Source: a virus (lineage: Duplodnaviria > Caudoviricetes). Taken from it: a DNA stretch of 64,000 nucleotides. The stretch is from IMG/VR virus record IMGVR_UViG_3300011337_000669; one strand, written 5' to 3'. A program made the translations under genes and the position numbers. The notes below the pieces were generated by a model that had not been told where the DNA came from, made no database searches, and was given only the letters and a program-made list of their open reading frames with translations. This document shows, one piece after another, positions 60,000-64,000 of the stretch (its first letter is position 1; the number at the start of each line of letters is the position of its first letter).

Positions 60000-60697
60000 T
60001 TAACATTCCATTAGAAAAATTACTTTTTATTGACATTGAAACCGTAGGAGTACAATCTGATTGGGAATCTTTAAAAAAATCCAACCTCGAACTTTCTTTC
60101 GTATTCGAAAATTATATCGATTGGTTTCAAAAAAGATTCCCTGAGGATGCTGATAAACCAGTTGGACAAATGTTTATTAATAGATCGGCATTGGTTCCTG
60201 AGTTTGCAAGAATTGCTTGTGTTAGTGTTGCTTTTGTCACAGAAAAAGGTGAAACAAAGATGCAATCATTTAGTAACGAAAATGAAAAAGATTTGTTACA
60301 AGATGTTCAAAAACTATTACGTAGAGTTGGTGAATTAGGATTTTTCTTGTGTGGACATAACGTCAAGGGATTTGATATTCCGATGTTAGCAAAACGAATG
60401 ATTATCAATGGTTTACTACCTCCAAAAATATTACCTGGTCATGATACAAAACCATGGGAAATTAAGGCGTTAGATACCAAAGAACTTTGGCAATACGGAG
60501 GATATGGCACAATCGCATCATTAGAATTGATGTGTGTTTCAATGGGAGTTGAATCTTCAAAAAATATGGAAGTCACAGGAAATAAAGTACATGAAGCGTA
60601 TTGGATAAATAAAGACATCAAAGGTATAGTAGAATACTGTGAAAAAGATGTGTTAGTATTAATTGATGTCATAAAAAAAATAACAACTTTAACATAA
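59996..60697 (+). CDS. Stand-alone 3'-5' exonuclease (PolB exonuclease-like, DEDDy)
   Basis: FIDIET, GHNVKGFDIP, YCEKDV. Confidence 0.85.
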   Translation: MINIPLEKLLFIDIETVGVQSDWESLKKSNLELSFVFENYIDWFQKRFPEDADKPVGQMFINRSALVPEFARIACVSVAFVTEKGETKMQSFSNENEKDLLQDVQKLLRRVGELGFFLCGHNVKGFDIPMLAKRMIINGLLPPKILPGHDTKPWEIKALDTKELWQYGGYGTIASLELMCVSMGVESSKNMEVTGNKVHEAYWINKDIKGIVEYCEKDVLVLIDVIKKITTLT

Positions 60698-61314
60698 TGC
60701 AGAAATTAAACGAAAACATTGACGATGATATTTGGAAACAAATCCAAGAAACATTCAATCAAATAAAACAAGATACGGGAATTGAACCTGAAGAAAATTA
60801 TGTAAAAGAACTGGAAGACTTGTTAGGAATGTCTGTTGATGAAATGAACGAAACTCATATAACAGCGATGAAAACCAGAACAATTGGAGTTCAGCTAGTT
60901 CATGATGACGCAAAAATACCATCATATGCTTATACTTCTGATTCTGGTTTTGATTTACGTTCAACAACAGAAATTAACATTCCTCCATTCGGAAGAGCTT
61001 TAGTTCCAACTGGTTTAGTATTATCTATCCCTGAAGAATATGAAATTCAAATCAGGCCTAAAAGTGGATTAGCACTAAATCAAGGAATAACAGTATTAAA
61101 TACTCCCGGTACGGTCGACTCAGGATACGTTGGTGAGATTAAAGTTATTTTATTTAACACTAACAATCAAACGGTTACAATATCAAAAGGAATGAAAATT
61201 GCTCAAGCGGTTTTGTGTCCTGTGATGTGTGGAAAATATGTTTCATTTGAATTGACGAATAAAGTTGATGATAAAGATAGAGGTAGTAATGGTTTTGGAA
61301 GTACAGGATTATGA
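60697..61314 (+). CDS. dut: Trimeric dUTPase with an acidic N-terminal extension
   Basis: SGFDL, IRPKSGLA, GTVDSGYVGEI, KIAQ, RGSNGFGSTG. Confidence 0.95.
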   Translation: MQKLNENIDDDIWKQIQETFNQIKQDTGIEPEENYVKELEDLLGMSVDEMNETHITAMKTRTIGVQLVHDDAKIPSYAYTSDSGFDLRSTTEINIPPFGRALVPTGLVLSIPEEYEIQIRPKSGLALNQGITVLNTPGTVDSGYVGEIKVILFNTNNQTVTISKGMKIAQAVLCPVMCGKYVSFELTNKVDDKDRGSNGFGSTGL

Positions 61315-62936
61315 TAACAGTAGGATATTCAACAAGAGAAAGTAAACCTGAGTTTATCGAGTATCTTAAAAAAAGTTCGGGGTTTAAAAAACTTGAAGTT
61401 ATTGAAAAAGTTAATGACGGCAAAAAATCCCTTGCTCAGGTTTACAATGAAATTTTATCCGAAGCGAAAACAGATATAGTTCTTCTTTGTCATGATGACA
61501 TTTATTTTGATACTCCCGCTTGGTATAGTAAACTCCTTAAACATTTTGAAAAAACTGATTTTGGTATTATCGGAATGGCGGGTACTACCTCAATGCCCGC
61601 AAGTGGGATGTGGTGGGAAGATAGAAAAAAAATGGTGGGTATCGTCAATCATGAAAAAGATGGGAAAAAATGGGAATCAAAGTATGCCGATGCTTTAGGT
61701 AATACTATATGTGAAACAGTTGTTGTAGATGGTTTATTCATTGCAATACATAAGAAAAGAATTAAAAAAACATTCAATGAGGAGTTTAATGGTTTTCACT
61801 TTTATGATATTCCATTCTGTTTTGAAAACCATTTAGAAGGAGTTAAAATTGGTGTTATCACTAACATTAGAATGACTCACAAGTCAATAGGTCAAACCAA
61901 TCAACAATGGGAAGAAAACCGTAAAATCTTTGAAGAAAAGTACAAATCTCATCTCCCAATAAAATTACCTATAGACCCTAATAAAAAACTCAAAGTATTA
62001 ATTAGTTGTTTATTTTTTAGAACATTTACAGGTTCCGAACTCTATGTATATGAGTTGGCAAAAAACTTAATTAAACAAAATTGTGATGTTACGGTCCTAT
62101 CTCAAATAGGAGGACCTTTGACTGATTTAGCGAAAAAACAAGGAATTAAATGTTTTTCATTTGAACAATCTCCAGGATTTAAGTTGGGGGATGGTAAGTG
62201 GGGTCTTACAACTGAAAATGGATTTCAAGCATCTCAAGAAAATGTCATGTACCGAATTGGTGAAGTGAATTTTGATTTGATACATATGCAACATAAACCA
62301 GTTGCGGAAAGAATGATTCAATTTTACCCTGAAATAGATAAAATTTATTCTATCCATTCTGAGGTGATTGAATTAGAAGATCCAATCAAACACGAGTCAA
62401 TCAAAAAGTATATTGCAATAAGACCTGAAATAAAGGAACATATTATAGATAAATTTGAAATTGATGAAAATTTGATTGAGGTTATTTATAATCCAGTTGA
62501 TAATGAAAAATTCAAACCCAAATCGGTAAAAGAAGAAAACTATGTTTTATTTGTAGGTACTATCGATTATCTAAGGAAAGAAACAATTATGGACTTAATC
62601 GATTATACATCAGACAATGGTAAAGAACTTTGGATAGTCGGTGAAGATAAATCCAATTATCTTCCCGCAATATTGATGAACTCACATGTAAAACACTTTT
62701 CTCCAACATGGAACGTAGAACCTTACGTCCAAAAATGTTCTGAGACTGCGGGTATCCAATTAGGAAGAACAACTATAGAAGGATGGATGTGTGGAAAACC
62801 AAGTTGGATTTATAAAGTTGACTCTGGTGGGTTTATTTTATCTAAAGAAAAATTCAATCCACCTTCAGATATTGAAAAATATTATGCCTCTAATGTCGCA
62901 TCTCAAATAAAAGAAGAATATAGAAAAATATTATAA
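61311..62936 (+). CDS. Two-domain glycosyltransferase (GT2-like + GT4-like)
   Basis: LLCHDDIYF...VVVDGLFIA...FHFYD; C-terminal TGSELYVYELAKNL...GRTTIEG. Confidence 0.8.
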   Translation: MITVGYSTRESKPEFIEYLKKSSGFKKLEVIEKVNDGKKSLAQVYNEILSEAKTDIVLLCHDDIYFDTPAWYSKLLKHFEKTDFGIIGMAGTTSMPASGMWWEDRKKMVGIVNHEKDGKKWESKYADALGNTICETVVVDGLFIAIHKKRIKKTFNEEFNGFHFYDIPFCFENHLEGVKIGVITNIRMTHKSIGQTNQQWEENRKIFEEKYKSHLPIKLPIDPNKKLKVLISCLFFRTFTGSELYVYELAKNLIKQNCDVTVLSQIGGPLTDLAKKQGIKCFSFEQSPGFKLGDGKWGLTTENGFQASQENVMYRIGEVNFDLIHMQHKPVAERMIQFYPEIDKIYSIHSEVIELEDPIKHESIKKYIAIRPEIKEHIIDKFEIDENLIEVIYNPVDNEKFKPKSVKEENYVLFVGTIDYLRKETIMDLIDYTSDNGKELWIVGEDKSNYLPAILMNSHVKHFSPTWNVEPYVQKCSETAGIQLGRTTIEGWMCGKPSWIYKVDSGGFILSKEKFNPPSDIEKYYASNVASQIKEEYRKIL

Positions 62937-62973
62937 TGGATAGAATTATTGATTTGAAAGAAAACGAAATTAT

Positions 62974-64000
62974 ATGAGAATAGGTATTATCGGTGCAGGA
63001 AGATTAGGTCTTACTTTTGCACTATTATGTAAAAAAGCGGGATACGAAGTTATTGTGTCTGATAAACGTGAAGATTACGTATTTAACTTGAATAACGGAA
63101 TTTGTAATACAAACGAACCATTAATTCAAAAAATGTTGTTTGAAATTGAAAATTTCAGTGCGACAACTAACAATATTGAAATCATTGAAAACTCAGACAT
63201 TATATTCACATTTGTTGCAACACCATCTACAACTGACGGTAGTTATGACACGTCCGCAGTTTTTGAAGTTGCTAATGATTTTTTTGAATCTTCTAAATTA
63301 GATATACCGGTTTTTAATAAAAAATTCATTATTGGTTGTACGACTAATCCTGGTGACGTTGGACAAATTCAAAATAAACTATCCATGTTTAGTATACAAG
63401 TTGCATACAATCCTGAATTTATAGAACAAGGAGAAATAGTCAAAGGGTTGGAACAATCCGATATAGTTTTAATTGGCACCGAATATCAAGAATTGTCCAA
63501 TGAGTTAATTCAAATATACAATAGAATACAAACTACCCCTGTCCACGCGCATATAATGTCACCAAAAGCCGCAGAAATTACTAAAATTGGTATAAATTGT
63601 TTTTTAACCACCAAAATTAGTTATGCCAATATGATGGGAGATATTTTAACAAAATCAAATTTGGGTAATGAAATTGATTCTGTTTTGAATGCGGTAGGTG
63701 GTGATAGTCGCGTTGGAAAAAAATATATGAAGTATGGATTTGGATTTGGGGGTCCATGTTTACCAAGAGATAATAGAGCTTTGGGTCATTATTCTAACGA
63801 ACTTGGATTAAAATTAAATCTTCCTCTCACGGTAGATGAATTTAATAAAGAACATGCGGAGTTTATCAAGAATTTTTTTATCGGACAAAATCCTGACAAG
63901 GGTATACCTTTTGTCATGAATTACGTAACATATAAACGAGGAACCGATATACTGGAGGAGTCACAACAATTAAAATTATGTTTGGATTTATTGGAAGAAG
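62974..64000 (+). CDS. ugd: UDP-glucose/GDP-mannose 6-dehydrogenase, truncated by the window end
   Basis: Absent from the ORF track. MRIGIIGAGRLG Rossmann fold, FVATPS, YNPEF, AEITKIGINCFLTTKISYAN, GFGGPCLPRD with catalytic Cys. Confidence 0.9.
   Translation, partial: MRIGIIGAGRLGLTFALLCKKAGYEVIVSDKREDYVFNLNNGICNTNEPLIQKMLFEIENFSATTNNIEIIENSDIIFTFVATPSTTDGSYDTSAVFEVANDFFESSKLDIPVFNKKFIIGCTTNPGDVGQIQNKLSMFSIQVAYNPEFIEQGEIVKGLEQSDIVLIGTEYQELSNELIQIYNRIQTTPVHAHIMSPKAAEITKIGINCFLTTKISYANMMGDILTKSNLGNEIDSVLNAVGGDSRVGKKYMKYGFGFGGPCLPRDNRALGHYSNELGLKLNLPLTVDEFNKEHAEFIKNFFIGQNPDKGIPFVMNYVTYKRGTDILEESQQLKLCLDLLEE

Noticed and set aside
1-64000. Stop-codon recoding (TAG or TGA), as in some jumbo phages
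   Set aside because: Long genes are intact in the standard code with high coding density, and TGA ends well-defined genes. TAG is rare but is followed by TAA in the RHH genes, so it gives no evidence of read-through.
1-64000. tRNA or other structured RNA genes
   Set aside because: Intergenic gaps are short and are explained by terminators, promoters or relics; no cloverleaf was recognised by eye, and a tRNAscan/Infernal run would be needed to exclude them.

Overview
AT-rich (roughly 30% GC), densely coding 64 kb segment of a large contractile-tailed dsDNA phage (jumbo-myovirus type), read in the standard genetic code. I found no tRNA, rRNA or CRISPR array. Layout: (1) 1-21.5 kb, mostly minus strand: tail/baseplate module with a large baseplate-type protein cut by the window edge, gp53/LysM-like protein, tube-initiator protein with an OmpA-like insert, tape-measure-like protein, tail chaperone with a likely programmed frameshift, tube, sheath, gp15-like and gp14-like genes. 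(2) 21.5-32 kb: SNF2 helicase, Mn-type SOD fused to a nuclease-like domain, gp13-like neck protein and family B DNA polymerase, plus three copies of an overlapping RHH + HNH cassette whose small gene is missing from the ORF track. (3) 32-42 kb: ten-gene glycan-synthesis cluster (HtrL-like x2, GT7C-like, GT10, GT43-like, GT-B, GT2, methyltransferase-GT47 fusion, methyltransferase, GT60). (4) 42-56 kb: five Thr/Pro-rich mucin-like proteins tipped with Kelch-like propellers, LamG or Cys-bracketed modules, plus a large LamG-like protein. (5) 56-64 kb: hypothetical genes, WYL protein, a second glycosylation cluster, 3'-5' exonuclease, dUTPase and UDP-glucose dehydrogenase. The main hypothesis is a phage-encoded mucin-type O-glycosylation system: a GT60 initiating enzyme, elongating and capping enzymes, and adjacent mucin-like virion substrates. 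All family calls come from motif recognition by eye; no database search was run.
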